The translations under genes and the position numbers were made by a program. A stretch of DNA of 64,000 nt from Tubulanus polymorphus (lineage: Eukaryota > Animalia > Nemertea), in contig NC_134026.1 in NCBI RefSeq assembly GCF_964204645.1, positions 27,252,150 through 27,316,149 of the forward strand, given 5' to 3'. Positions 40,630 through 53,774 of the stretch are shown here, one piece after another (within the stretch, counting starts at the first letter, position 1; each line of letters starts with the position of its first letter). The notes under the pieces were generated by a model that searched no databases, was not told the DNA's origin, and was given only the letters and a program-made list of their open reading frames with translations.

Positions 40630-43600
40630 TTAATTATCTCGACGAGCTTTCTTTTTCTTATGCGGCGGCTTCGCTTTTGACCAACTGTCTGTAAAAACCC
40701 ATACGTTAAATGTTCATTGTAACTAATCAAAAAATAAAATAATTTCATGAGTGTGAAATATCCGGCAAGAGTTGACTAACCATCTCCCATTTCATCAAAA
40801 ACTGCAGCAGGTTTGGGAACATCCGAAACACCATTTGACAATGACTGCGCATTAGGCTTTTCTGAAGCATCTTTATAAAAGAATAAACATAGCAATCTAA
40901 TAAATGTAAATGATACACAAATTGATGAAACCTTAGCTACTCCAAATATCATATGACTGAAAACATTGATTATTTCTTCATTGCAGTACAAATGATTTAC
41001 CTTTTAACTCTAATGGTTTTTGTAGCTGTTCTTTAGTAGTGTTAGATATATGACTACTAGTTTTTGTATCTTTGGTAATGCTTGTTTCAACCTACAAAAT
41101 TGATATAATACAACCCTTCATTAAGATAGGTAACCGTAACAATATAACCTAGAGACTTTTAAAACGATGGATATATAAAAATAATCTTAATGGTGTTAGC
41201 CTGATGTATAATGATATATGATGAATTGTGCCAGCTGTAGATTCCCAGCCCAGCGAGATACTGTAAAGCTGCATATTGATATTTAGAGTGTAATAATATT
41301 CAGTGACAGATGTTTGCAGGTGACGTACAAAGTGTATAATACAAGTTTTTGAACATATAAAATCATATACACACATAGTTATATTATCATATCATTATAG
41401 ATTTGAAAATTGAATATCACTGTCACTTATAATCAAGTCTAAAGGCAAACTGCTGGCAAATTTCAGTTTTAGCGCTGCAGTTCCCATTTAATAAAAAAGT
41501 TTTTTCTTCTCTACCTCAACTTCAGTGGAAGGTTGTTTCTTTTTCTTCTTTGGACTTTTTTCCACTTTATCTACTTTCTCAATTTCATCTGTTTTTGGAC
41601 TGGCTATATCTGCCAGTGTGGGAGATAATTCTGTAGGCTTATCATTAGAAGTTTCAATCTGTTTTGGTTCTTCCTGCACCTTTTTTTCCTTCTTTTTTAT
41701 ATTCTTCTTCGACATCGGCTTTACAGTTTCAGGCACAACCTCCTTAATAGTAGAAATTCAAACAACTTAGTATAAGGGTCAGGCGGTTGATGGAATATAT
41801 ATTCAGTAATCATTGCCATTAAACATGTTATTCGCAACTTATCTTACCTCTTTTTCTTCAACAATTTTCGTAACTGGAGCTTCTTCAACTGTTTCTTCCT
41901 TCTTTTCATCCTTTTTAAAAGCAAATTCTGTACTGCCATTTTCATATTACTTAGTACAAAATACATAATCAAAAATAAATAGATTATGTTCTACCTTAGG
42001 AGATTTCTTGATGATCTTCTCTTTCTTAGCCTGATTTTTAGGTGATTCAATAGCTGCAGTTGCTTCTTCAATAACTGCATCAGTATCCTCAGGCATGGTT
42101 TCATCTCTCTTCTCTTTACTGCGAAGTTTCTTCTCCTTTTTCGACAAAGCTGTTGTCCATTCTCCTGCAAATATTCACCCTCACTATTTTCATTCTAGTC
42201 ATAGACGATAATCTCTCCTAGAAATTCCATACGATATAACAATGAGTTAATGTAATGTGCGAAGTCACATTAAATAACTCACCATCATTGCCATTATTGT
42301 CAATCGGGGAACTCGTTTCTATGGCAACCTCTGATTTAACATTAGTAGCTCTTTGAGTGGTCGACTTTTTCGTCTAAAATCGGAAGAAAAGTTCATCTGA
42401 TCACAATCAATACATTATGAACACACACAAGAAATCATAAATCATCATTAATAACTAACTATTCAATCCTTCCATGCATATTACATTGGACTCATGTATT
42501 ACTCATATGTATTTTGTAAAATAATGTTTAAATGAATTATTAGACTGAATTGATTTTGAATGACAATCATTTGGCTGAGATTTGGAGGCAAAATATCTGA
42601 TGAATAATATATTAAACATTTTGCCAGAAAATCAAAGATTTACCTTCGTTTTTTGACTTGGGCTCCCTACAACTTTCTTTGGTGCAGCCTTATTAGATGT
42701 GGTATGGGTATTATTCGATGAAACGTGACCATTAACCGAGGATGATGATTTCTAGAAGAAGAAAAGTATCTATTACATTAATGCCACAAATACGATATGA
42801 GGATCTATATAATTTCCCCATCAATCCCAGTCCTAATGTGGACTCGATACATTAGACTGTGGCAGTTGAGGATCCATCAAGTGTCGCTAGTGTACAGTGT
42901 GTTCTCTTTGATTCAATTAAAATCTATCCATAATTACTCAAATTGTACGAATGATGAATAAAAATCACAACACTACATAGGATTGACCTTTATCTAGATC
43001 TATCGAAGTTTTATTTAGAGTTATGATTTGTCTCATGTCTGAGGTGGGAGACTAAAAATCTAGATGAAAGTAAAAAATTAACTTAATTTTGACAGAGTTG
43101 TCGCACTGATGTGCACTCCATCTAGTGGGATAGCTGATGGGTTCTCATTGACAGGAATTTAGACCTAGATGACATTAAGGTAGGTTTTGACTGAATATAT
43201 TCCTGTTCAGGAATACCAATCCAGGATTACAAACTCTCTACCTGCCTAATATCAGGCATAGAACAGATTATGCTATTCCGGAATACCAGTGCATTCTGGC
43301 TGAACAAGCCAGAATAGAATTCCGCTGATAACTGTCATTACCGGGGTAAGTAGAATTAAAGATTACATACAGCAGATAAACATAAAGAAGTTATACTGGT
43401 AGGCTTAAATAAAAAATAATCAAATATCTCAGTTGGAATTATCAAAGCTCCAAGTGCTACACATATCATGTTAAAATGAAAATTGTTCATAAAGGTATCA
43501 CAGCTTGGAATAGGCAATGGATTCTGGATAGAAAATCCCCTATAGCTTCTTATTGACCTTAATTCATCCAACATGTCAGCCTGGGTGAACTTTGGCTATC

Positions 43601-44698
43601 AGAGTCAGCCAACTAGTCGTGGTCAGAGCTAATAATCGGACGCACTAGTTCAATCTTAGTCCTCCATCTTTGAACTTGTAGGTTCGAATTACAGCAATCA
43701 CGTGGTTCACTATTTACAGACTAAGATTTAAACTGACATTCGGTTACACTTACGGTCTTAATGTCCAAATAGTCAACATGGATAACTGAAGTTCACCATG
43801 TGTGTGGTTTTCACTTTTAAACAAACAGTTATTGGTTGTATCCCTACCATCTACTGCCTACTACTAATGCCTTAGTACCGGTGGTAAACTATATATAATA
43901 ATCAGTCTGAATACCAGTCGCTGTTACATACACTTAAACAACAGATGGTATGGTAACGTCAACTACCATTTTTAATGGTTTTAATTGCAATACAGTAACT
44001 GTTAACATAGCAAATTGAGAGGATCACATTAAAATTATTTACATACAAAAAATCCAAGCGTAATTAGGAAGTGATTATTTAGCCGGATTCGGTCACCGAC
44101 TTCTGAACACTATTTTGCCGGATCCATATATTATGTTACAATAAAATCATTTTATTGGGTTTAGCGTTAGGGTCTCGATAGGGTTAGTGTCAAGAGGGTG
44201 AGTAGAGGGTTCCGTTTCACAACTAGGGATAGGGTTAGGGTAAGGCTATATGTAGTAGTTAAAACATTTGAGTGGTTTTCAGCGAGCTCGGTGGTCGAGT
44301 GGGAAGACGCTGCGTTAGTAATTTACTGGCCCGGGTTCGAGTCTCGCTCTCTATCCGCTCTATTTTCTCAAACTCTGTTCTCCACACTTCCTTCGAATTT
44401 TCTAAGTCACGCACCTCTCTGCGCATGCACGGAGTAAATCAGCCAATGAGAGACGATATCCGGCAAAATAGCGTTCAGGAGTCGGTGACCGGATCCGGTA
44501 AAATAACTAGGCCTACTGCCTAATTTTTACCTTAGATTTCTTCAGTTTCTTCTGTCGTTTCTCAGATTCATCCTCGAAATCAAAACTGGGTGGTTGAACT
44601 GACGATTTGAAGCCAAATGCGAATACCAGTACTGCGCATAACAATACACCACATACTGGAAATGCAAACTGTGCACTTACAACCTCTGATAGCTCCAT
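40630..44698 (-). CDS. MTDH: Metadherin/LYRIC-like single-pass ER membrane protein
   Basis: N-terminal TM segment (CGVLLCAVLVFAFGF), lysine-rich low-complexity body, GEWTTALSKKEKK motif and C-terminus SWSKAKPPHKKKKARRDN resembling the LYRIC end ...KKKKKARRET. Confidence 0.6.
44073..44508. mobile_element. Non-autonomous TIR element carrying TTAGGG-like repeats and a tRNA-like Pol III cassette
   Basis: About 50-bp TIRs (44073-44123 and 44458-44508), degenerate TTAGGG repeats 44157-44245, A-box TGGTCGAGTGG near 44292 and B-box GGTTCGAGTC near 44334. Confidence 0.75.
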
Positions 44699-45610
44699 TT
44701 TCTCACCAAATTAGTCGAAACAAGCAGCTGTCTATTACTGCTGACGTCGCTGTTCTGATGACGTCATCAAATTGAACAAATTTGTTTGATGGATATGTAA
44801 CATTTTGAAATACTTTTTAAAAATTGTTTAATCAAATAATGATGAAATTATAGGTAATTTTCTCAAAAATTCGCTATCATGCTCATTCATATAAATAAAA
44901 ATTAGTTCTATGTGCATATCTATCTAATAATTGGTTAGATGGCAGCACCAGATGATGTACGTAAAACATTTAACGTCTTGCGGGCCGGGTCCATACGCTT
45001 GATGAGGGTACGTAGCCACAATGGTTACTCGATATAGTAAAAAAGATAATTTGCAAAAAAATGTATATCATTTTATAGAAATAACACATGTTTGTACACA
45101 GAATATCATCATATCATGGGATATTTCATATTAAACGACAGCACGAGGACTAGCAAAATTTCTCTTGACTGTTCTCAACAAAATTTAAAATCAAAATCCT
45201 CGTTAAGAAATATACAACTGCGAAGATAAAGTTAATTCAATAAAACCCGAATTTCATTTGAAATCGAAAAGCAATGTCCATCGAAAGACGATACATGTAC
45301 ACAAATTTATTTCAATTGTCAGTCTTAGTTTATTAATTGTAAAAGTTACATGGTTATGGTTTCCATTGGAATGACAAAACATATCTTTTTAACTACAATT
45401 CTTCATCATTCATAATTTGCTATTGTAGGTGGTAATTTTTAATTTCATGGTAATTACGACAGCAGCTTTCAACAGGAGGTACGAATCTCCAATTAACCAT
45501 TTCTTCCTCATTAAAAGTAGTTACTACATTAAAAATAACACAATAGCCCGCAGGTGGGCTGAAGATTGAACTTGAAGATTGCTTTTAGTTCACATTCTTG
45601 CAAATGAACC

Positions 45611-48600
45611 TTATCCAATTGGTTCTGTTTCTCTGATTAGCCAAGCATACGCTTCTTTTCGCCCTTGCCTTTTTAACTCTTTACCAATGATGTCCCGACA
45701 GTTAGAGTGATAATTATTCAGCCAATCAATCTACATTTAATACAATTAACATAATTAATTCATCAATTGATTCATTGAAGGTAATAAGCATTTGAGGAAG
45801 AGTAGTTTTAAACATTTACCTCTTTTTGTGACAATAAGGAAGGATCTAACATTTTTGTCTGAATTGGAATATAACTTATTGGTTCAAATGTCAGATATCC
45901 TTTGTTTTTGAAGTTATACTACAAAACAAAACATACATTTTCATATATACACTTGATATACTGGCCCTTAACCTGGTTCTGAACATACTTTGGTATTAGC
46001 TTTAACTACAAGGAAACAATTTTCAATACGACAACCAAAACTTCCATCTTCATAAAAACCTGGCTCTAAAAAACAAAAATAAGGCCCATTAATCAGTTTA
46101 TCTTATTTGAAAAACTACAACTACAGCCATCCATGTATCAATTCTTGATCGATTACCATCTGTCATAATCATGCCTTCTTTCAAAGGCACTTCAGCTATA
46201 TTCAGTCTGTGGCTAATACTCGATGGACCTACATGAACAGAAAGGGAATGTAATTTCATATCTTTTCTGATGTTTGATGCAAATAGTACACATCAAGAAC
46301 TTGTTTACCTTCATGTACATTGAGAAATGCACCAACCCCATGTCCAGTACCGTGTAGGTAATCTAGTCCAACGTCCCAAAGTGCTGTGCGAGCGAGTACA
46401 TCGAGTTGGTTTCCTGAAAACATAATATCCAAAATATAAAACAAAACCACTCCATGCTGTCTTGTTGAAAAGGTACAGAAAGTGTTGTACAATACCTCTC
46501 CAACCATTTGGAAAGATACAGGAAGCTAAGCCAATGTGTCCTTTCAACACGAGTGTAAAACATTCCTGAAATAGTTCACAAATTAGGCTACGTGTAGACA
46601 TTATCATAATGTTAAGTGAATATCAAATATGTTAAAGTGAATATTACAACAGACTTCATTAATTCAAAAAAATGAAACTTACTCTTTGGTGATCTGTAGG
46701 TGTTCCAAAATGCATTGCTCTTGTTATATCAGTTGTACCTCCCCTGAATTTAACAAAATACTAACATGTTAGTAGCAATATTGGTAGAAATAAACCCCCA
46801 CATAGATAATTGAATTAATGAATGTGATAAAAGTAAAGGAAACTTACAAATATTGGCCTCCTGAGTCACAAAGATATAATTCATCTGGTGTTAATGGACG
46901 GTCTACTTCTGGAGTCGGTCTATAAACAAGAAAATAAGAATATCACTCTAGGATTCAAGTTCTAGGATTTCATTGCCATTATACATGTATCAGGAATGCA
47001 TACTTGTAATGAATTATTGCACCATTCGGCCCACTGCTAGATATCGTAGCAAAACTAGGATAAAAAAAGTCCTCTTGTTCCCTGGAAAACGAATGAAACT
47101 AAAAAATAAAGACATGTCTTTTAAGTGATTGTAGAACTGAAACTTATGAATACTCACTGTCTAAATTTCAGTAATTGAGCATCACCACTAAGTTCAGAAA
47201 GGGAACCTTTAGAAATCTTCAAAATAGAAAGAATAAATATTGATCGAAACAACGTAAACAACAGGAATGAGTTCTATAAAAATACTGGTACATACATTTC
47301 TTTCAAGCCAACTAAAGTATTCAGCAAGAGCAACACAATCTTTAACCTATAAAAACAAATTGTGTAAGGATAAGTGAACTAAGCTATAGTTAATACTTAA
47401 TACTATGGATATACAAGTACTATTTCTTACAAATGTCCTTTTTATTTGCTTGATTTCAGTTTCATTCTTGACTGCTTTCATCAAAGCAATAGGAGATAGT
47501 TCAATGCAACGTTGAACCTAAAAGCAAACAGTAAATGGTAACCGGCATTACTTTTTAGATTTCCAAGATCAGATATATACATACAAACACATTATAATGA
47601 TTTTTTTAGCTACTCATCTAATTTCACCTTTACCTTTGGTATTGAATTTGTGAGAGAATAGCTTGAGCCTTTAGCAATCTAAAATGTGGATACATTATCA
47701 GGTTAATAGTTAACTACTCAGATTAGTTATGTTGGTTAACTTTCAAATAGCATAATGCCCATAACAGTATGCACTTCTGCTACTAATTCAAAGTACCCAA
47801 ATTCTTTTATCAGAGGTTTCAACAAGTTGCTCCAAAACTTTCTTGATATCACTATATGCATAGATTCTTAAAGACATTGGTTCACTTTCTAATTCAAGGT
47901 GCTTTTTGACTTTGCTGTCGATCTTCCTTTCATCGATAAATAAACTAAAACAAAATATTCTCATAGATAACATGCATGCAACCATATATGATTTTGCCTA
48001 TGATAATCATAAAATCTGAATTAATCAAGCACTCACCAAATTGTGTCACAAGTGACTATCGAATAAGCTAAGAATACTGGATTATATTCAATATCTGACC
48101 CCCTCAGATTGAAAAGCCCTGAAATATCAGAGATGCTTTTTTGTTTTAAAAATTGAAGAATCGCAAATATCTATGGCCTATCATCAAAATTAATAAGCCT
48201 AGATATTTACATAATAGATCAGTTTAAGACACAATTTCATTGAGGGTACATGTAGGTTATCAATGTGTGATTGATAAAACCACATTTCAAAGTACATCCA
48301 TTGTATTTCAAAAAACATATTCGCTGTATAGACTACTTAAACTTGCATGCAATATCATCAAGTGCTGTTAAAACTAAAGCATCGCATTTCTTCCCCTTCA
48401 ATTTCTCACGAATGTCTTGAATCTTTTCTTGCCATGATTTTCCTGAATTACGATTGAATATAACACGTTGTAACAAAGGCAATGTAGTAATTATTAAGTC
48501 TTTACGTTTGAGTAGATTCTTCTGGTAGTACCTGTATATGCAGTTGTTAGAGTCAATATCGGTTTGTTAGGTGGGTCAGGCTGATCATCCCATACTAAAT

Positions 48601-49453
48601 CTATGAGATTTTCACCAACAGCTACAAGCTTTTTGCCACCTTTTTTCAGTTGTTTAGACATAGATTTCCAAAGATCTGTAATAAATTCACCACAAAATAT
48701 AGAAAAGAGATTTCTCTAAATTGGTATTTAATGTTATAAGATCCTTACCAAATGACATCAGAAATGGATCAAAACCAACTTTTCCACCCTCAGGCAAAAC
48801 CTTAAAAAATAGATTATGATTATCATCATAACACTGCATTAAGTTCTTAAATGAGTGATTTTCAGAAGTAAGATATATACACACAGTATCTAGCCAATCT
48901 GTCTGAGTAGGAGTTTCAGCTAGACCTGGAAATAAAGATATATCAAATACAGAATATTTCAAGCATACAAAAATAATTTGGATTCAGAATTGGGAAAGAT
49001 TTTACCATCTTTCATGAGTGTCCAGTTACTGTCCAGCTGATCAGAAGCTTGCAAGAAATATCTTCCATCCGTCCATAATGCTGCACTTTTCTCAGTAATA
49101 ATGGCAGTCCCTGAAACAGAATCAAAGATTCTGATTCATTCAAATGCAAATGAATCTTCTTTTTAGAGAGATATAAAAATTCATACCAGAAGATCCTGAA
49201 AATCCTGAAATAAACTCTCTTCGTTTGTCATGGGCTGATATATATTCACTCTACAATAACAAGAACCAATCCAGACAGGCTCTGTATATAAATCACATAA
49301 CAACGTTAACTCCATGTGTATGAAATAGTAAGTTACCTGATGCGCATCTCCAGATGGAACGATATAGGCATTTACTCGTTCAGATACATAATTGCTATTT
49401 TTCATCAATTGTCTCAATCTTTGCAACAGTACTGTTGTATCTTTTGGAGCCAT
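45611..49453 (-). CDS. XPNPEP1: Cytosolic aminopeptidase P (Xaa-Pro aminopeptidase 1)
   Basis: [69 protein letters not shown]; about 19 exons; stop at 45611-45613. Confidence 0.96.
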
Positions 49454-49520
49454 TAGAATAAATTATTATCAAATCTAAAAAACAAATTGACATGAATTTC
49501 ATTTTCAACTGATCATTATC

Positions 49521-49637
49521 ACAGGGACTTGACACAAAAGGATTTTGACCCCAGTAATCCTAGGTAATAAAAAGACAAGGCAGCCAGTACCTAGGATACT
49601 GGGGTCAAAATCCTTTTGTGTCAAGTCAAGTCCCTGT
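49521..49637. mobile_element. Fold-back (MULE-like) MITE with 10-bp target-site duplication
   Basis: Near-perfect inverted arms acagggacttgacacaaaaggattttgaccccagta..cctaggta, flanked by gatcattatc at 49511-49520 and 49638-49647. Confidence 0.8.
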
Positions 49638-49741
49638 GATCATTATCTATTCCCTATTTATTATCTAGACACTGTCTTGTCTTCTTATTAATTAGGACCT
49701 GTGTCCTGTAATCATGTGGATTCCTATATATTACTACAGGC

Positions 49742-49993
49742 TAGTCAGTAACCTGACTGTGGTTTAGTTTAACGATCGGATATTTTCACAAACCACTAAC
49801 GTTGGTACAAGCCCATCCGATTATTATTAAAAAGCTTACCACCAACGATTAGGTAACTAACTACAGACTACATTAGTCTAGTACCTACCGTAGTCAGTAA
49901 CCTGACTGTGGTTTAGTTTCACGATCGGACATTTTCACGTTGGTATAAGCCCATCCGATTATAAAAAGCTTACCACCAACGATTATAGTAACT
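49742..49993. repeat. Direct duplication of about 110 bp
   Basis: tagtcagtaacctgactgtggtttagttt...aagcccatccgatta...aaaagcttaccaccaacgatta starts at about 49742 and again at about 49891. Confidence 0.85.
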
Positions 49994-50476
49994 ATGTTAT
50001 TGTTAGACTTGTTTGTTGTATGTAGTGGATTTCAAACACCAAAAGTGATAGTAAGCCCGTTTGAACTATCGTATGCTTCTTTACCTCGTCTTAAGCATAG
50101 TCTGTCTTTGGGCCAAATACTACCAATTGAGAAACTGGTATTAAAGCTTTGGGGTATGGCCTTATGGGGGGTACCTTTACCTTGTCAAATTTTCATTCAG
50201 CAACACGCCAACGACCTTCAGAGCGCACTACTAATTAGCGAGAAAACAAATCAATTCAAATTGGTAATTTTATTGGACATTTCAAACACTGAATGTGATA
50301 TTACACCGAGATTAATACAATTTAGCCCTATCGGTGATTAGTTATTTTTTCATCATCGAGGCATAGGAAAAACTAAAAGCTAATTAACACATGTGAAACC
50401 GAACCTCATTCCACTAGGGAAATTTTTTCTCGGAACAAAAACGCACTGCCGCGCACGTGCCATAAAACGAAGAGTG

Positions 50477-51538
50477 TCACTGAATTCCAACAAAGCGAGT
50501 TATTGGAGGAGCGTTCACCATAAGCTCCTCATAGTTATTGATGAAAATTTTAAGTCTGTTGTAATAACTGTCTTCGATGTACGGAAGGTTATTTTCTTTC
50601 AGAAATTTCTCAACAGTGGGCTTAATTTTTCTGCACATTCCATCGGATAATCGAGGAAAAAGATGGTGTTCAACGTGACATTCGATGAGTGTTGGACCCC
50701 AGAATAAATTCAGCATCGGATTGGTGTAGAGATTTAGAACCGAAGTTGCCATTTGATAAACTCTGTGGGGACGGTACTTTTGGTCATACATCGCCAAACC
50801 AATGTGTTGAAATATGTTAATGTGGATATAAGGCACGGATAATGACCCGCGTGCCAGAAACATGCAGATCATTCCACCGATCCAGGTGAAGTTTGAAAAA
50901 TAAACGTACATGTACACATTTATTACAAGTCCAAAAGCCGCTGTCGGTATAAACAATGCAAGATCCTTCCACAACTTTTCAGTTATCAGTTGATAAGTTG
51001 AGACAATCGGAGTCGCAATTGGGATCAGAAATGGCGCAAAGAACATATATTGATAGCAGGAAAGTGACGGTAATTTCCATGAACTTGAATCCCCGAGACC
51101 GATTATATTTGTATGCGGGTGATGGCTTTTAATATGGACGTTGATACCCATAACACTAGAATAAGCGGCACAAACATCGACGGTCAACCACATAATGAAT
51201 CTATTCAGCATCGGTGAATCACACATTGCTCCGTGCGAAGCCAAGTGTCCCATTCGCTGACATATTATATGATGAGCGCAACCCATCAGGAACATTCCGG
51301 CAACGACAGCCAAAACATTTTGGTGCGACATGAGGTAAAACCCAAAGGTTACCATGGGGATAGTAAAACCAACTATCATCCACTGAAGGCCATATTTCTC
51401 GATCCAACTGGAATTCTTCACAATTTGTTTTACAATTTTACTGAGATTGTGGAAACTTGGCAAGTCTTTCATTCGCATATACACCTCATGTACATCTCGA
51501 TTATAATAATTGTCTGGTAGGCTTCTGTCACGAGCCAT
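50477..51538 (-). CDS. FADS6: Fatty acid desaturase 6-like, no intron in the visible CDS
   Basis: His boxes HLASH, HIKSHHPH and HVEHHLFP; HINIFQHIGL; no cytochrome b5 domain. First ATG at 51538. Confidence 0.9.
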   Translation of the reverse strand: MARDRSLPDNYYNRDVHEVYMRMKDLPSFHNLSKIVKQIVKNSSWIEKYGLQWMIVGFTIPMVTFGFYLMSHQNVLAVVAGMFLMGCAHHIICQRMGHLASHGAMCDSPMLNRFIMWLTVDVCAAYSSVMGINVHIKSHHPHTNIIGLGDSSSWKLPSLSCYQYMFFAPFLIPIATPIVSTYQLITEKLWKDLALFIPTAAFGLVINVYMYVYFSNFTWIGGMICMFLARGSLSVPYIHINIFQHIGLAMYDQKYRPHRVYQMATSVLNLYTNPMLNLFWGPTLIECHVEHHLFPRLSDGMCRKIKPTVEKFLKENNLPYIEDSYYNRLKIFINNYEELMVNAPPITRFVGIQ

Positions 51539-52153
51539 TTCACTCAAATCAACTGAAATTCAAACGAAGAAGAAGCAAAAACAAGTCATAGCATACTTGC
51601 TGTTTCTCGGCAGCTAGTCAGCAATCAGAAAAGACGATTCCTAATGTCTTCTCTCCTAATGTGATTTGCGCTATTACCAGAAAAATATACGGTATGAACC
51701 AAAAACCTACCCGAAATTTACGCCGCTTAAGATTACGTCATTCGTGTGAAAAACTGCGCGCTGATCTGGCAGTCGTCAGTATACAGACGTGCTGTAACGC
51801 GCTGTCGGTATGGAACAGTGCTGTGTATTGAATCGCTATTTATAGAATGTATGACATATAGTCATGAATTACGTATCAAAAACATTATCAACCAAATATC
51901 GAAAACGTTGGAAGTTTTGCGCATGTACATATTTGAATTCACAATCACAAATCAGATTCCGAATTCTAGTATGCGCTTCGTTGCCAACTGTGGTGCAATG
52001 CGTGTGTACAAAGACATTACTAGTACTTGGTGCAATGTCTACGTGTGCACAGTGACACTGGCATGAATATATAGTGACGTATATAATAACCAGCGCTCTA
52101 GTAAGTTGTGATTTTCGACAGCTTTCACTTTATTAACCTTACGCGTTCTGCTG

Positions 52154-52752
52154 ATGGCTTCATCAGACCAAGGAAGCAAAGAAAAATTTACATTTTTCTG
52201 GGGAGCGAATGATGTATTCAGCCAGTGGTATCAATGTTCTTTCGAAATAGATGGAATACGATATAACTGTGCGGAGCAATATATGATGCACCAAAAAGCC
52301 GGTATGTGCCTTCAGGAAAAGTGTATTACTCGAATGAAATATATATAACACAATTTGTGTAGTCATGATTTATTCGAATTTCAGTTATGTTTGGGGATGA
52401 GGAAAAGAGTGCCGAGATATTAGAAGCGAGCCATCCCCGTGACCAGAAAAGGATGGGTCGCGAAGTAAGGAATTTCGATGGGAATGAATGGAATACAAAA
52501 TGTAGGGATGTCGTTATCGAAGGAAACTACGCTAAATTTACGCAAAACAAAGATCTTAAAGAGAAAATCTTAGAAACTACGGGAAGTTTGTTGGTGGAGG
52601 CTAGTCCGAGAGACTGTATATGGGGTATCGGATTAGGTGCGAAGAATCCAAAAGCTTTATGTAAAAGTACATGGAGAGGGAAGAACTTGCTTGGATATTG
52701 TCTGACCACTGTCAGAGATCGCATATTATCTGAATCACAAGCTGGTCATTGA
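52154..52752 (+). CDS. NADAR/YbiA-family N-glycosidase, 2 exons
   Basis: FSQWY, CAEQYMMHQKA, KRMGREVRNFD, AKFTQN, LVEASPRDCIWGIG, WRGKNLLG; intron about 52302-52384. Confidence 0.93.
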
Positions 52753-53125
52753 TCCCCACAACATTACCAAATTAAGTATATTATGGCTGATAATGGAGCG
52801 ACATCCAACAAAAGTGATCCAATCCAACGCAGTCTTTATCAGCCTAAAACGACTAAGAAAGAGCGCGTGGCACGATGTTAAAACCATTCAACACGAGAAA
52901 AACGTTTATAACAATATACATGTTTATGGTCTTTACGATAACAATATCTAGCTATTCATGTTGTGGATTTGAACAAAAAAATGTATTATAAAATAATTCG
53001 ATCTTTAAAATCCCCCATTATAAATTGAACGATTATAAATGGAAATAGAATTAATAGCACTCACAGAACATATTCTTACTAGTGAAATTGGTGATCTAAA
53101 GAAAACCCCCTGTACATGGAAATGT

Positions 53126-53339
<214 letters not shown>

Positions 53340-53774
53340 AATAAATACATTGAAGAATACATTAACTTTTTAATTTGCATTGAGGAATGATCAAGCGTCT
53401 ACGTCTATTGTATTCAAATTTATTCGCAATAAATGATCATTGTTTGTACAGTGACTCTTGTATATAAAAATATGTTGTACCTGAAACAAATCCACCATCT
53501 TCATGATATTAATGCTAATAATACTTAACTTGTATACATTAAGCCATCAAAATAACATGTTCATATATAAGATGCATGCATGCATATAAAATTTTATAAA
53601 TGTTTCATATAAAAGTTTTCAGATCTAGCCCCAACTATTGTGACCAAGAAAATGATCACTGTTTCACATCTCGATGATGTACGTATCATAACACCAATTA
53701 ATCTTCTTCGAAATGAGAAAATAATTGGAAAAGCTGTCTACGTTCAACTTAACAATGTATGAAAGATATGGATC

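Noticed and set aside
44284-44348. Functional tRNA-Thr(AGT)
   Set aside because: Anticodon and acceptor stems do not pair, and it lies inside a TIR element.
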